A stretch of 39,310 bases of DNA from Vicinamibacterales bacterium. GTDB lineage: Bacteria; Patescibacteriota; Patescibacteriia; SG8-24. Positions 26,920-35,305 of this stretch are shown here, in pieces. Position 1 is the stretch's first letter; each line of letters opens with the position of its first letter. Where the stretch lies: the NCBI GenBank assembly GCA_037916205.1, contig JBAIXY010000179.1:1-39310 (forward strand). Direction: 5' to 3'. The notes below the pieces were generated by a model that was not told where the DNA came from, did not search any database, and saw only the letters and a program-made list of their open reading frames with translations. The translations under genes and the position numbers were made by a program.

Positions 26920-28779
26920 ATGCGCTTTTCCGTCAGACCGCGGCTAACGTCCGTCCTTTTGGCCGGCTGCCTGTTTTTTGCCCTGTCCGCCGCGGCGACC
27001 GCGGTCCGGGCGCAGACGGAGCCTCTCCTGGACCAGCAGCCCGCGGCCGCCGGTCTGCCGGCCACGCCGCCCGAACCGACGGCGCTGCCGCCGGCGCCGG
27101 ACCAGCCCGCCGTCGAACCCGGGTCGCCGATCGAGGCTGTCCGGTCGTTCGCCGCCGACATCGCCGTCAAGTCTGACGGCCTGGTCTCGGTCACCGAGCG
27201 CATCGAGTATTTCTTTCCGGAGGCCCGCCACGGCATCTACCGCGACATCCCGCTCATGTACACCGACGACCAGGGCGAACGCTGGCGCATCCCGATCGAG
27301 GTCAAGGGCGTCGGCAACGGCGAGGGCGGGACCTGGCCGTACGAGGTCCAGTCGACCGATTACGGCATCCGCATCAAGATCGGCGATCCGGACAGGACGA
27401 TCACCGGCAACCAGACCTACGAGATCAGTTATGACGCCCGCGGCGCGCTCCGCTATTTCGCCGACCACGACGAATTGTACTGGAACGTGACCGGCGACCA
27501 GTGGGAGGTGCCGATCAACCGCGTGGCCGCCACGGTCACGCTGCCGCCGGGCGTGCCGACGGACAAGATCGACATCACCTGCTACACCGGCCCCCAGGGC
27601 TCGACCGACCAGCACTGTCAGGGCAACACCCAGGGCCCGAAGGCGCAGTTCGCCGCCGACGACTTCCTGACCATCGTCGTCGGCTGGCCGCCGGGACTGG
27701 TGGGCAAGATGGAGGCCGAGAAGGTCGCGCCGCCGCTCAGCCCGTTCTTCGCTTATCTGCTGCCGCTGCTCGTCGGCCTGGTGCTCTTCCGCCAGTGGTG
27801 GCGCTACGGCCGCGATTCCGCCGGCCGCGGCACCCTGGTCGTCCAGTATGACCCGCCGAAGGACATGACGCCGGCCGACGTCGGCACGCTTTGGGACGAA
27901 CGGGCCACGGTCAAAGAGATGACCGCCACCATCGTCGACCTGGCCGTCCGGGGTTTCATCAAGATCCGCGAGGTCGAAAAGCAAGGCCTGCTCTTCAAGA
28001 GCAAGGATTACGAACTGGAGAAGCTCAAGGATTTCTATGACCCCCAGTTCAAGCTGAAGCCTTACGAGACCCAGATCCTCAAGACGCTTTTCGGCCTGGG
28101 CGACAAGGTTTTCGTGTCGTCGCTCAAGGAGGCCTACGCCTTCCAGACCGCAATGAGCGGCATCACCACGGCCATGTATGACGGCATGGTGTCCGGCGGT
28201 TACTTCGAGGCCAATCCGGAGAAGGTCCGCGCCAAGTACATCGGCGTCGGCACGGTCATCCTCTTCGTCGATCTCATGTTCGGGGCCGGGTTCGTCGCGG
28301 CCATCGATCCGGCCTGGGGGCTGCACGGAGGGGTGGCCGCCGGCGTCTGCGGCGCGCTGTTCATCATTTTCGGCTTCGTCATGCCCAAGAAGACGGCCGC
28401 CGGCGTCGCCGCCAAGGAGCACGCCACCGGTTTCCGCGAATATCTGGACAGGGCGGAGAAATACCGGCTCCAATGGCAGGAAAAGGAGAACATCTTCGAG
28501 ACCTTCCTGCCCTACGCCATGGTCTTCGGCGTTGCCGACAAGTGGGCCAAGGCCTTCGAGGGCATGGAGATGAAACCGCCGCAGTGGTACGAGGGCCGCG
28601 CTTTCAGCGCCGGCGTCTTCAACGCCGCGGCCTTCAGCTCGACCTTCGGTTCGCTCAACTCGGCGGTCAATTCCGCCGTGCTGTCCCGGCCGCAGCAATC
28701 GTCGCATGGCAGCGGCTTCTCGAGCGGCGGCGGATTCTCGGGCGGAGGCGGCGGCGGAGGCGGCGGCGGCTCTTGGTGA
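26920..28779 (+). CDS. DUF2207 domain-containing membrane protein
   Basis: Signal/TM, then the DUF2207 N-terminal region (VTERIEYFF, HGIYRDIP, LYWNVTGDQWEVPI). C-terminal TM bundle and a terminal Gly-run (GGGGGGGGGGSW) typical of the family. Confidence 0.85.
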   Translation: MRFSVRPRLTSVLLAGCLFFALSAAATAVRAQTEPLLDQQPAAAGLPATPPEPTALPPAPDQPAVEPGSPIEAVRSFAADIAVKSDGLVSVTERIEYFFPEARHGIYRDIPLMYTDDQGERWRIPIEVKGVGNGEGGTWPYEVQSTDYGIRIKIGDPDRTITGNQTYEISYDARGALRYFADHDELYWNVTGDQWEVPINRVAATVTLPPGVPTDKIDITCYTGPQGSTDQHCQGNTQGPKAQFAADDFLTIVVGWPPGLVGKMEAEKVAPPLSPFFAYLLPLLVGLVLFRQWWRYGRDSAGRGTLVVQYDPPKDMTPADVGTLWDERATVKEMTATIVDLAVRGFIKIREVEKQGLLFKSKDYELEKLKDFYDPQFKLKPYETQILKTLFGLGDKVFVSSLKEAYAFQTAMSGITTAMYDGMVSGGYFEANPEKVRAKYIGVGTVILFVDLMFGAGFVAAIDPAWGLHGGVAAGVCGALFIIFGFVMPKKTAAGVAAKEHATGFREYLDRAEKYRLQWQEKENIFETFLPYAMVFGVADKWAKAFEGMEMKPPQWYEGRAFSAGVFNAAAFSSTFGSLNSAVNSAVLSRPQQSSHGSGFSSGGGFSGGGGGGGGGGSW

Positions 28780-28796
28780 TCTTTCCGCTCTGACGT

Positions 28797-29630
28797 ATGG
28801 AGGCCATGTATCTGCCATTGGGACTGCTGGGGCTGGCGTTATTCGCTTTGCCGGTCGGGTATTTCTTTTGGCTGTACCGCGTCAGCCGGCCGCTCAAGGC
28901 CGGCCAGGCGGTCGTTCCGGCCTATGAGCCTCCGGCCGGGATCAGCCCGCTCGAAGCCGGCTATCTTCTGGATAATTCCCTGATGCCCAGGACGGCCGCG
29001 GCCGCCATCCTGGACCTGGTCCTGCGCGGCGCGATCGAGATCATCGAGGTCGGCGGCGTCGTCGAAGGACTGCGGCTGACGCCGGGGTCGATGGACGCCG
29101 GTCTGTCGCCGTTCGACAAGCTGCTCCTGGTCGCGCTGTTCGGCGGGGGAATAGCCGCCACGCCCAAAGAGGCGGCCGCCCGCTTCCAGGCCGCCGGCGG
29201 CCGTCTGCGCGAGGCCGCGGCGCGCCAGCTCAAGGAAAAAGGCTTCATCGGCAAGGCGGACTACGTCCCGCCGATCATTTTCGGCGCCTCCGTGGTCGCC
29301 TCGGTGATATTCCTCGTCGGCCTGTTCGACGTGCTCGGCGCTTTCGGCGCCGTCAGCCTCTGGGCCGTCTGCATCCTGCTGGCCCAGCTGGGCTACATCG
29401 CCGCGACGCTCCGGCCGCCGTTAACCAAGCGCGGCCGGCAGGCCGTGGCCGACCTGCTCGGTTTCAAGATGTACCTGACCGCGGCCGAGGGCGCCCGCAT
29501 CCGCTGGGAGGAGATCGAGGAAGCCAAGGTCAACCGTTTCACTCCCTACGCCGTCGTCTTCAACGCTTCCGTGACCTGGTCGACCAAACTGCAGTCGCTG
29601 ACCAGCGCCCTGCTGGCAGAGATGGCCTGA
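28797..29630 (+). CDS. Membrane protein homologous to the C-terminal module of DUF2207 only
   Basis: Begins at a TM helix followed by YEPPAGISPLEAGYLL, which aligns with YDPPKDMTPADVGTLW of the upstream gene. Homology is also shared near the C-terminal FTPYAVVF/FLPYAMVF segment. The start may be the ATG at 28806. Confidence 0.7.
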   Translation: MEAMYLPLGLLGLALFALPVGYFFWLYRVSRPLKAGQAVVPAYEPPAGISPLEAGYLLDNSLMPRTAAAAILDLVLRGAIEIIEVGGVVEGLRLTPGSMDAGLSPFDKLLLVALFGGGIAATPKEAAARFQAAGGRLREAAARQLKEKGFIGKADYVPPIIFGASVVASVIFLVGLFDVLGAFGAVSLWAVCILLAQLGYIAATLRPPLTKRGRQAVADLLGFKMYLTAAEGARIRWEEIEEAKVNRFTPYAVVFNASVTWSTKLQSLTSALLAEMA

Positions 29631-29653
29631 CCGGGCCGCCCGGCCGCTTGCAT

Positions 29654-30058
29654 ATGACTGACGACCAGCTGCGCGACATCTTCGCCAAGACCCGGACCAT
29701 CGCCTCGGTCGGCTTGTCCTCCAAACCGGACCGGCCCAGCCACGGCGTCTGTTCTTACCTGCAGGCCCACGGTTTCAAGATAATCCCGGTCAATCCCAAT
29801 GAGGCCGAGGTCCTGGGCGAGAGGTCGTATCCGGACCTCGATTCGGTCCCGGGCCCGGTCGATGTCGTCCAGATCTTCCGCCGGCCGGAGGCCGTGCCGG
29901 AGATCGTCGAGGCGGCCATCCGCAAGGGCGCCAAGGTCGTCTGGATGCAGGACGGCGCCGGCAACCCGGCCGCGGCCAGGCGGGCCGAGGAAGCGGGACT
30001 CGTCGCGGTGGTCGACGACTGTATGATGAGGCAGCACCGGAGGCTGTTCGGCCGCTGA
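29654..30058 (+). CDS. CoA-binding domain protein (YccU/YneT-like)
   Basis: IASVGLSSKPDRPSHGV, GFKIIPVNP, VDVVQIFRR and AKVVWMQ segments. ATG chosen over the upstream TTG of the track. Confidence 0.85.
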   Translation: MTDDQLRDIFAKTRTIASVGLSSKPDRPSHGVCSYLQAHGFKIIPVNPNEAEVLGERSYPDLDSVPGPVDVVQIFRRPEAVPEIVEAAIRKGAKVVWMQDGAGNPAAARRAEEAGLVAVVDDCMMRQHRRLFGR

Positions 30059-30081
30059 ACCGGGATCCGCAAGCATTTCTT

Positions 30082-30762
30082 ATGCCCGCCCCGATGCGTT
30101 ACACCTGGAAGACCGAATTGGCGCCGCTGGTCATGCTGGCGGTCGTTGCCGCCTCAAGTTTTTATTTCTACTCCCGCTTTCCGGCGCGGGTGGCCTCGCA
30201 CTGGGACCTCCAGGGCCGGGTCAACGGCTGGTCGGGAAAAGGCTTCGCCGCTTTCGCGGTGCCGATCCTGGCCCTGGCCATGTACCTGCTGTTCCTTTTC
30301 CTGCCGCGGCTGGACCCGAAGAAGGACCGCTACGCCGAATTCGCCGGCGTCTACCATGTCTTCAAGGCCGCCATCGTCGGCCTGCTGGCCGCGGTCTATC
30401 TGGCGACCGGCCTGTTCAATCTGGGCTATCCGGTCGATATCGGCGCGGTCATTCCGGCGCTGATCGGCGCGCTGTTCGTCCTGATCGGCGCGTTGCTGCC
30501 CCGGATCAAGAACAACTGGTTCGTCGGCATCCGCACGCCCTGGACGCTGTCCTCGGAGCGCGTCTGGGAACGGACGCACCGCGTCGGCGGCCGGCTGTTC
30601 GTCGTGTTCGGCCTGCTGATCATGCTGACGCCGCTTCTGCCGCCGGGCCTGGCCATGGCCGCGTTCATCATCGGCCTGATCGTCATGCTCGCCGGCACGG
30701 TCGGTTATTCCTATTACGTCTACGTCAAAGAGCAAAAGGCCAAAAATCCGCCGAACAATTGA
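30082..30762 (+). CDS. SdpI/YhfL-family membrane protein with DUF1648-like N-terminus
   Basis: FPARVASHWDLQGRVNGW (DUF1648-like) and KNNWFVGIRTPWTLSSERVWERTHR (SdpI-like). Multi-pass membrane protein. Confidence 0.85.
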   Translation: MPAPMRYTWKTELAPLVMLAVVAASSFYFYSRFPARVASHWDLQGRVNGWSGKGFAAFAVPILALAMYLLFLFLPRLDPKKDRYAEFAGVYHVFKAAIVGLLAAVYLATGLFNLGYPVDIGAVIPALIGALFVLIGALLPRIKNNWFVGIRTPWTLSSERVWERTHRVGGRLFVVFGLLIMLTPLLPPGLAMAAFIIGLIVMLAGTVGYSYYVYVKEQKAKNPPNN

Positions 30763-30790
30763 CCGGACCCGGCTTTTCTGTTAATCTGTT

Positions 30791-30827
30791 CCGTCGCGGA
30801 TGACATTCCGCGGCGGAGTTCTTTTTT
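30791..30827 (+). terminator. Rho-independent terminator after the SdpI-like gene
   Basis: 10-bp stem CCGTCGCGGA / TCCGCGGCGG (one mismatch), 6-nt loop, then a T-run at 30819-30827. Confidence 0.65.
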
Positions 30828-30880
30828 AAATTCGTACAGCAAAAAAAGCCGTCAGCAGTTACTCCAACCCCGAGGCTCCC

Positions 30881-31078
30881 ATGCGTGACTGGACACTGGT
30901 GAAGGTCCTGCTTGTCGCGGCGGTCCTGCTTTTCCTGCGTTTCAGGCTCGACCTGAACGCCTGGCAGATGGCCGCGGCCACGGCCGGACTTCTCAGCGGC
31001 CTGTTGTTTCTGACCTTCGTCTTCGGATACTGGCTCCCGCGCCGGCGCCGTCAGCGCCGCGAGGGGACCGGGCCGTGA
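30881..31078 (+). CDS. 65-aa two-helix membrane mini-protein with poly-Arg C-terminus
   Basis: Two hydrophobic helices, then RRRRQRREGTGP. G/C-ending codons. Its stop lies inside the SD of the next ORF. Weak own SD. No family. Confidence 0.45.
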   Translation: MRDWTLVKVLLVAAVLLFLRFRLDLNAWQMAAATAGLLSGLLFLTFVFGYWLPRRRRQRREGTGP

Positions 31079-31088
31079 GGAGCGGGTC

Positions 31089-31274
31089 ATGATCGACTGC
31101 TGCAAGCCGTCGCACCCGCTGGCCATCCTGCTGATCTTCCTGATCTCCCTCGCTTCGCTGATCTTCTGTTTCAAGCTGTATCTGGCGCTTTGCCTGATCA
31201 TCGGCGTCGGCCTGCTCGTCTCCGTCATCGTCTCCGCGTTCCGTAGCGGGGACCGGGGGCCGGAGGGCCGATAG
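31089..31274 (+). CDS. 61-aa two-helix membrane mini-protein
   Basis: GAGGAG lies 6 nt upstream of the ATG. Two hydrophobic helices and a charged C-terminus (RSGDRGPEGR). No family. Confidence 0.5.
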   Translation: MIDCCKPSHPLAILLIFLISLASLIFCFKLYLALCLIIGVGLLVSVIVSAFRSGDRGPEGR

Positions 31275-31322
31275 CCGCCGCCGACAACAACCAACGGCGC
31301 TTCGGCGCCAAGGAGGCCGAAG

Positions 31323-32414
31323 ATGGGCCGAGATCTGCCCCGTCTCAAGCGCCTGGGCTCCGTGAAGGTCTACGTGGTCACGGACCCGTTCATCGACCGG
31401 TCGGGCAACGACATCCGCGCCGGCCAGGTCGTCATCTTCCGGCGCAACGCCGGACGCCCGAACGTCTACGACGGCGTCTACGACGCCCTGCGCAGCCGGC
31501 TGGAGATCAAGATCCGCTACGGACTGAAGGACAGCCGCGGCGAGCTGGGCGAGCTGGAGACGGCCCTGCGCCGGCTCAAGCACGTGCGGCTCTGCCTCGA
31601 GAGCCATGACTGCCTCTCGACCGCCGACGACCGGCGCATCGAGGGCGGGCTCACCGAGGTCGCCGAGCTCCTGAAGCGCAAGAGCAACCCGTTCAAGGCC
31701 GAGGCCCGCGTCAAGGCCAAGGCCGGCGCGGTCCGGACGCCGACCGAAAAGGTCAACGCTCCGGCCACGCAGGCCCGGGTCACGGCCATCGACCGCCGGC
31801 TGCGCGAGCGCCAGCGCGAGGTCGCTTCCATCCTGCCGTGGATCACGGCCATGGAGACGGCGCTCTTCCTGGAGCTCAACCGTTCGCTCGGCGTCATCGT
31901 CAGGATCGGACGGGAGGCCGGCGCCATGGCGCGCCACGCCTTCTTCCGGACCGGACGGACCTCGCCGACCCAGCTCAGGGTCATGTCGGCGCGTATCGGC
32001 CTGCTGCAGGAGGAGCTGTCCACGCTCGAGGTCGCTCCGTTCGACGGCTACCGCCGCGTCCTGGCGGGCGCTCTCGACCGCGCGCGGCGGGGCCTCGACG
32101 GGAACAACCCCCTGGTGGCCCTCTGCGGCCTCGGCGAGAGCCTGACCGTGGTCGACCGGGCCGAGCTGCGGCGCGGGCTGGAGTCGCTGATCTCGATCGC
32201 CTCGGCGGCGCTGATCACCGGCCTGCCGGTCCGCGCGGCCGACAATCTGGCCCGCCGGCTCCGGACACTGCGCTCGCGCTTCGACGCGGGACCGCGCCGG
32301 AGGCGGGTCCTGGACTCGGTCGGCGGCGAGCTGGAGAGGTGCTCGGCCGATCTGGCTGCCGGCGGCCTGGCCTCGGCCAAGGAGCGGCTCAAGCTGGCCG
32401 CCTCGAAGCTGTAG
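31323..32414 (+). CDS. 363-aa Arg/Leu/Ala-rich hypothetical protein, unknown family
   Basis: AGGAGG lies 6 nt upstream of the ATG. Strong G/C-ending codon bias in this frame. A strong terminator follows directly. Confidence 0.75.
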   Translation: MGRDLPRLKRLGSVKVYVVTDPFIDRSGNDIRAGQVVIFRRNAGRPNVYDGVYDALRSRLEIKIRYGLKDSRGELGELETALRRLKHVRLCLESHDCLSTADDRRIEGGLTEVAELLKRKSNPFKAEARVKAKAGAVRTPTEKVNAPATQARVTAIDRRLRERQREVASILPWITAMETALFLELNRSLGVIVRIGREAGAMARHAFFRTGRTSPTQLRVMSARIGLLQEELSTLEVAPFDGYRRVLAGALDRARRGLDGNNPLVALCGLGESLTVVDRAELRRGLESLISIASAALITGLPVRAADNLARRLRTLRSRFDAGPRRRRVLDSVGGELERCSADLAAGGLASAKERLKLAASKL

Positions 32415-32419
32415 TTCTT

Positions 32420-32451
32420 CCCCGTTCCGTCCCGGAACGGGGATTTTTTTT
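32420..32451 (+). terminator. Rho-independent terminator closing the three-gene cassette
   Basis: 10-bp perfect stem CCCCGTTCCG (32420-32429) / CGGAACGGGG (32433-32442), then 8 T. Confidence 0.8.
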
Positions 32452-32476
32452 GCCTATTCCCCGCCGGGCCGTTTGG

Positions 32477-32485
32477 TGGGATAAT
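32477..32485 (+). promoter_or_regulatory. Extended -10-like element TGGGATAAT upstream of the DUF1059 gene
   Basis: TG-n-GATAAT, 30 nt upstream of the GTG at 32516. Confidence 0.35.
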
Positions 32486-32515
32486 GACGGCGGCTAACAA
32501 TTCATCTTTAGGCGT

Positions 32516-32695
32516 GTGAAAGTCTTCCATTGCAAGGACATGGGCATGTCCTGCGGCTTCGTGGCCAAGGGGGAGAGCGGCGCGGAGGTCGCGGACAAGG
32601 CCAAGGCCCACGGCCGTTCGGCTCACGGCCTGACTCCGGACAAGTTCACGCCGGAGTTCGCGGCCAAACTCGATTCCGTCATCAGGGACGAATGA
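32516..32695 (+). CDS. DUF1059 family small protein (59 aa), absent from the ORF track
   Basis: My translation is VKVFHCKDMGMSCGFVAKGESGAEVADKAKAHGRSAHGLTPDKFTPEFAAKLDSVIRDE*. It matches the DUF1059 pattern MKxFxCxDxGxxCxF....GetxeEv...a.eHa...HG. GTG is the only start after the in-frame TAA at 32495. A terminator follows. Confidence 0.7.
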   Translation: MKVFHCKDMGMSCGFVAKGESGAEVADKAKAHGRSAHGLTPDKFTPEFAAKLDSVIRDE

Positions 32696-32710
32696 ACTTC
32701 CGGTCAACGG

Positions 32711-32740
32711 GGCCCCGCGTCGCAGGATGCGGGGCCTTTT
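32711..32740 (+). terminator. Rho-independent terminator after the DUF1059 gene
   Basis: 8-bp stem GGCCCCGC (32711-32718) / GCGGGGCC (32729-32736), then TTTT. Confidence 0.6.
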
Positions 32741-32791
32741 ATCGCTGACCGGGCGCAGATCCGGCCCCCGTTGTCCGCCCGGCCGGGCCTC

Positions 32792-32820
32792 TTGGCTGAG
32801 CTCGGCCGGCGGTGTAGAGT
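32792..32820 (+). promoter_or_regulatory. Candidate promoter TTGGCT-17-TAGAGT
   Basis: -35 at 32792-32797, 17-nt spacer, -10 at 32815-32820, upstream of the small membrane protein / helicase pair. Confidence 0.35.
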
Positions 32821-32857
32821 GGGGGAACGACAAGGCCTTAAAACCCTTTTCATTGTT

Positions 32858-33169
32858 ATGAAAGATAGCAAATTAGCGGTCGCCGGGATCAGGAACTCGG
32901 CCGCGACCGTCGTCTATGTCGCCGCCGTGGCCTGGTTCATGTTCAACGGCAATGCCATCTTCGGAAAACAGAACGACAACTTCCTGATGCCGCTGGCCAT
33001 ACTGCTGCTGTTCGTGGTCTCGGCGCTGATCACCGGCCTGCTGGTGCTCGGCCAGCCGATCTGGACCTATCTCCAGGGCCGGAAGGCCGAGGCGGTCAAA
33101 CTGCTCATCTGGACCGCCGGTTCGCTGGCCGTCGAGACGATCATCGTATTCCTGGCCCTGGCCCTCTGA
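32858..33169 (+). CDS. Small hypothetical membrane protein (103 aa, three hydrophobic helices)
   Basis: Track ORF 32771..33169 trimmed to the ATG at 32858 (MKDSKLAVAG...). Ends 8 nt before the helicase start. No family recognised. Confidence 0.6.
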   Translation: MKDSKLAVAGIRNSAATVVYVAAVAWFMFNGNAIFGKQNDNFLMPLAILLLFVVSALITGLLVLGQPIWTYLQGRKAEAVKLLIWTAGSLAVETIIVFLALAL

Positions 33170-33177
33170 TCAGCGTC

Positions 33178-35274
33178 ATGACCAAGCCGATCGACTACGC
33201 CGAGGAACTCAACGCCGAACAGCTCGCGGTCGTCCGTGACGCCGAGGGGCCGTGTTTGGTGCTGGCCGGCGCCGGCTCCGGCAAGACCCGCACCATCGTC
33301 TACCGCGTCGCCTACCTCATCGAGCACGGCGTCGAACCGGACCGCATTCTTCTTTTGACCTTCACCAACAAGGCGGCCAACGAGATGATGACGCGCATCG
33401 GCGAACTGCTCGGTTCGTCGGGCGGCCGCCGGCCGGTCGGCCTCTGGGGCGGCACTTTCCATTCCGTCGCCAACCGGATCCTCCGCCAGTACGGCGAGCG
33501 TCTGGGCTACTCTTCTTCTTTCTCCATACTCGACCAGGACGACAGCCGGGCGCTGATCAAAGCCTGCCTCAAGGAACTCGGGCTCGACGCCGGAGGCACG
33601 CGCTTCCCGTCGCCGGCCGTGATCCAGGAGGTCCTGAGCTATTCCCGGAACGCGATGATGGCCTTCGAGACCGCGGTCGAGAAGTCGCATCCGCACTTCC
33701 TGAACCTGCTGCCGGACCTGGAGCGCGTCGCCTCGCTTTACGACCGCAAGAAACGCGCCGCCAACGCCATGGATTTCGACGACCTGCTCGCCCGCCTCGT
33801 CGAGCTCCTCGACGCCGAGCCGGCCCTGCGGGACCGCCTCTCCGAGCGCTTCCGTTACATCCTGGTCGACGAGTTCCAGGACACCAATTCGCTGCAGGTA
33901 GCGCTGATCCGCCGGCTGGCCGGTCCCGGCCACAACCTGCTCGTGGTCGGCGACGACGCCCAGAGCATCTATTCCTTCCGGGCCGCCGACGTCCGCAACA
34001 TCCTCGACTTCCCCAAACAGTATCTCGGCGCCCGGGTCTTCCGCCTCCAGACCAACTACCGCTCGACTCCGGAGATCCTCGACCTGGCCAACGACGTCAT
34101 TTCCCATAACCGCGAACAGTTCCCCAAGGAACTGGTCTCGGCCGCCGACCGCTTCGCCAAACCGTCGGTCGTGCCCTGCGCCTCGGCCCTGCGCGAGGCC
34201 GATTTCGTTGCCGACCGGGTCGAGGAGATGTTCGATCAGGGCGTCCGGCCGGACAGCATCGCCGTGCTCTTCCGGGCCACCCACCACTCGCAGGCGCTGG
34301 AGTTCGAACTGACCAAGCGCGGCATCGACTACGACTACCGCGGCGGCCTGCGCTTCTTCGACCGGGCCCACGTCAAGGACGTGCTGTCCTTCCTGCGCCT
34401 GCGCGGCAATTTCGCCGACGAGGCCGCCTGGCTGCGCGTCCTCGGTCTGCAGAACGGCATCGGCGAGGTCTCGGCCCAGCGGCTGTTCGGCCATTTCCAG
34501 CAGGCGGGCAGCCTGGCCAAGGCGGTGCTCCTGCCGGTCGAGGAACTCATCGGCGCCCGGGCCGGCAGCGGCTGGCGCGAACTCAGGGCCTGCCTCGAGG
34601 ACCTGCTGGCCGCCGGCGACCGGCCGTCCGAGCTCATCCGGGCCGTGCTCGATTCGCCGTACGTCAGTTATCTGGAGGCGGAATACCCCAACTACCGCGA
34701 ACGCCTGGAGGACCTGGAGCAGATGGCCCGGCTGTCCGAGCCCTACGACAGGCTGGGCGATTTCCTGGCCGAGGTCACCCTGGACGAGAGCGCGGCCGGC
34801 GACGTTTCCGGCCGCCCGGCACGCGGCGGCAAGGTGGTCCTTTCCACCATCCACCAGGCCAAGGGCCTGGAGTGGGAGTCGGTCTTCATCATCCACCTGA
34901 CCGCCTCGTCCTTCCCGAACCGCCGGGCCGTGGGCGAACAGGGCGGTCTCGAGGAAGAGCGCCGCCTGTTCTACGTGGCCGTCACCCGGGCCAAGAGACG
35001 GCTGTTCCTCAGCCACCCGGCCTCGGTCGGCCGCGGCAGCTTCGAATACGAGGAGCGCTCGCTGTTCCTCGACGAGGTCGACCCGTCCTGCGTCAGCGAT
35101 CCCGGCGCCCGCCTCCGCGGCGATTTCAGCCAGCCTTCGGGCGGCGAGGACGAGCCGGTCATCGAAGTGGGGGACGACGGCGAGCCGTTCGCGGCCTCCA
35201 TGGCCGACGTCCGCCGGCGGACCCAGGAATTGAAAAAAGACTGGAAGCACAAGAGCTTCCTGCGCGACGTCTAA
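33178..35274 (+). CDS. ATP-dependent DNA helicase, UvrD/PcrA/Rep family (SF1A)
   Basis: LNAEQLAVV, Walker A AGAGSGKT, LTFTNKAANEM, DEFQDTN, VGDDAQSIYSFRAA, TNYRST, TIHQAKGLEW and VAVTRAK motifs in canonical order. Confidence 0.9.
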   Translation: MTKPIDYAEELNAEQLAVVRDAEGPCLVLAGAGSGKTRTIVYRVAYLIEHGVEPDRILLLTFTNKAANEMMTRIGELLGSSGGRRPVGLWGGTFHSVANRILRQYGERLGYSSSFSILDQDDSRALIKACLKELGLDAGGTRFPSPAVIQEVLSYSRNAMMAFETAVEKSHPHFLNLLPDLERVASLYDRKKRAANAMDFDDLLARLVELLDAEPALRDRLSERFRYILVDEFQDTNSLQVALIRRLAGPGHNLLVVGDDAQSIYSFRAADVRNILDFPKQYLGARVFRLQTNYRSTPEILDLANDVISHNREQFPKELVSAADRFAKPSVVPCASALREADFVADRVEEMFDQGVRPDSIAVLFRATHHSQALEFELTKRGIDYDYRGGLRFFDRAHVKDVLSFLRLRGNFADEAAWLRVLGLQNGIGEVSAQRLFGHFQQAGSLAKAVLLPVEELIGARAGSGWRELRACLEDLLAAGDRPSELIRAVLDSPYVSYLEAEYPNYRERLEDLEQMARLSEPYDRLGDFLAEVTLDESAAGDVSGRPARGGKVVLSTIHQAKGLEWESVFIIHLTASSFPNRRAVGEQGGLEEERRLFYVAVTRAKRRLFLSHPASVGRGSFEYEERSLFLDEVDPSCVSDPGARLRGDFSQPSGGEDEPVIEVGDDGEPFAASMADVRRRTQELKKDWKHKSFLRDV

Positions 35275-35305
35275 CCTCCCGGCCGGCAGGCGCGGGCAAA
35301 GTTTT

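Noticed and set aside
30881-31274. Reading the two 2-TM mini-proteins as a prophage holin/antiholin pair.
   Set aside because: No endolysin, capsid, tail, terminase or integrase genes are nearby. The resemblance is limited to size and topology, so it is kept only as a speculative note in the cassette finding.
30725-31937. Minus-strand ORFs 30725..31348 and 30993..31937 overlapping the three-gene cassette.
   Set aside because: The plus-strand frames carry the G/C-ending codon bias, Shine-Dalgarno sequences and flanking plus-strand terminators. The minus-strand translations are low-complexity.
33178-35274. UvrD-family helicase as a Gabija GajB-like or other defence helicase.
   Set aside because: It is a full-length SF1A helicase with all canonical PcrA/UvrD motifs. 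No OLD-family ATPase/nuclease partner is adjacent. It is most simply the housekeeping repair helicase.
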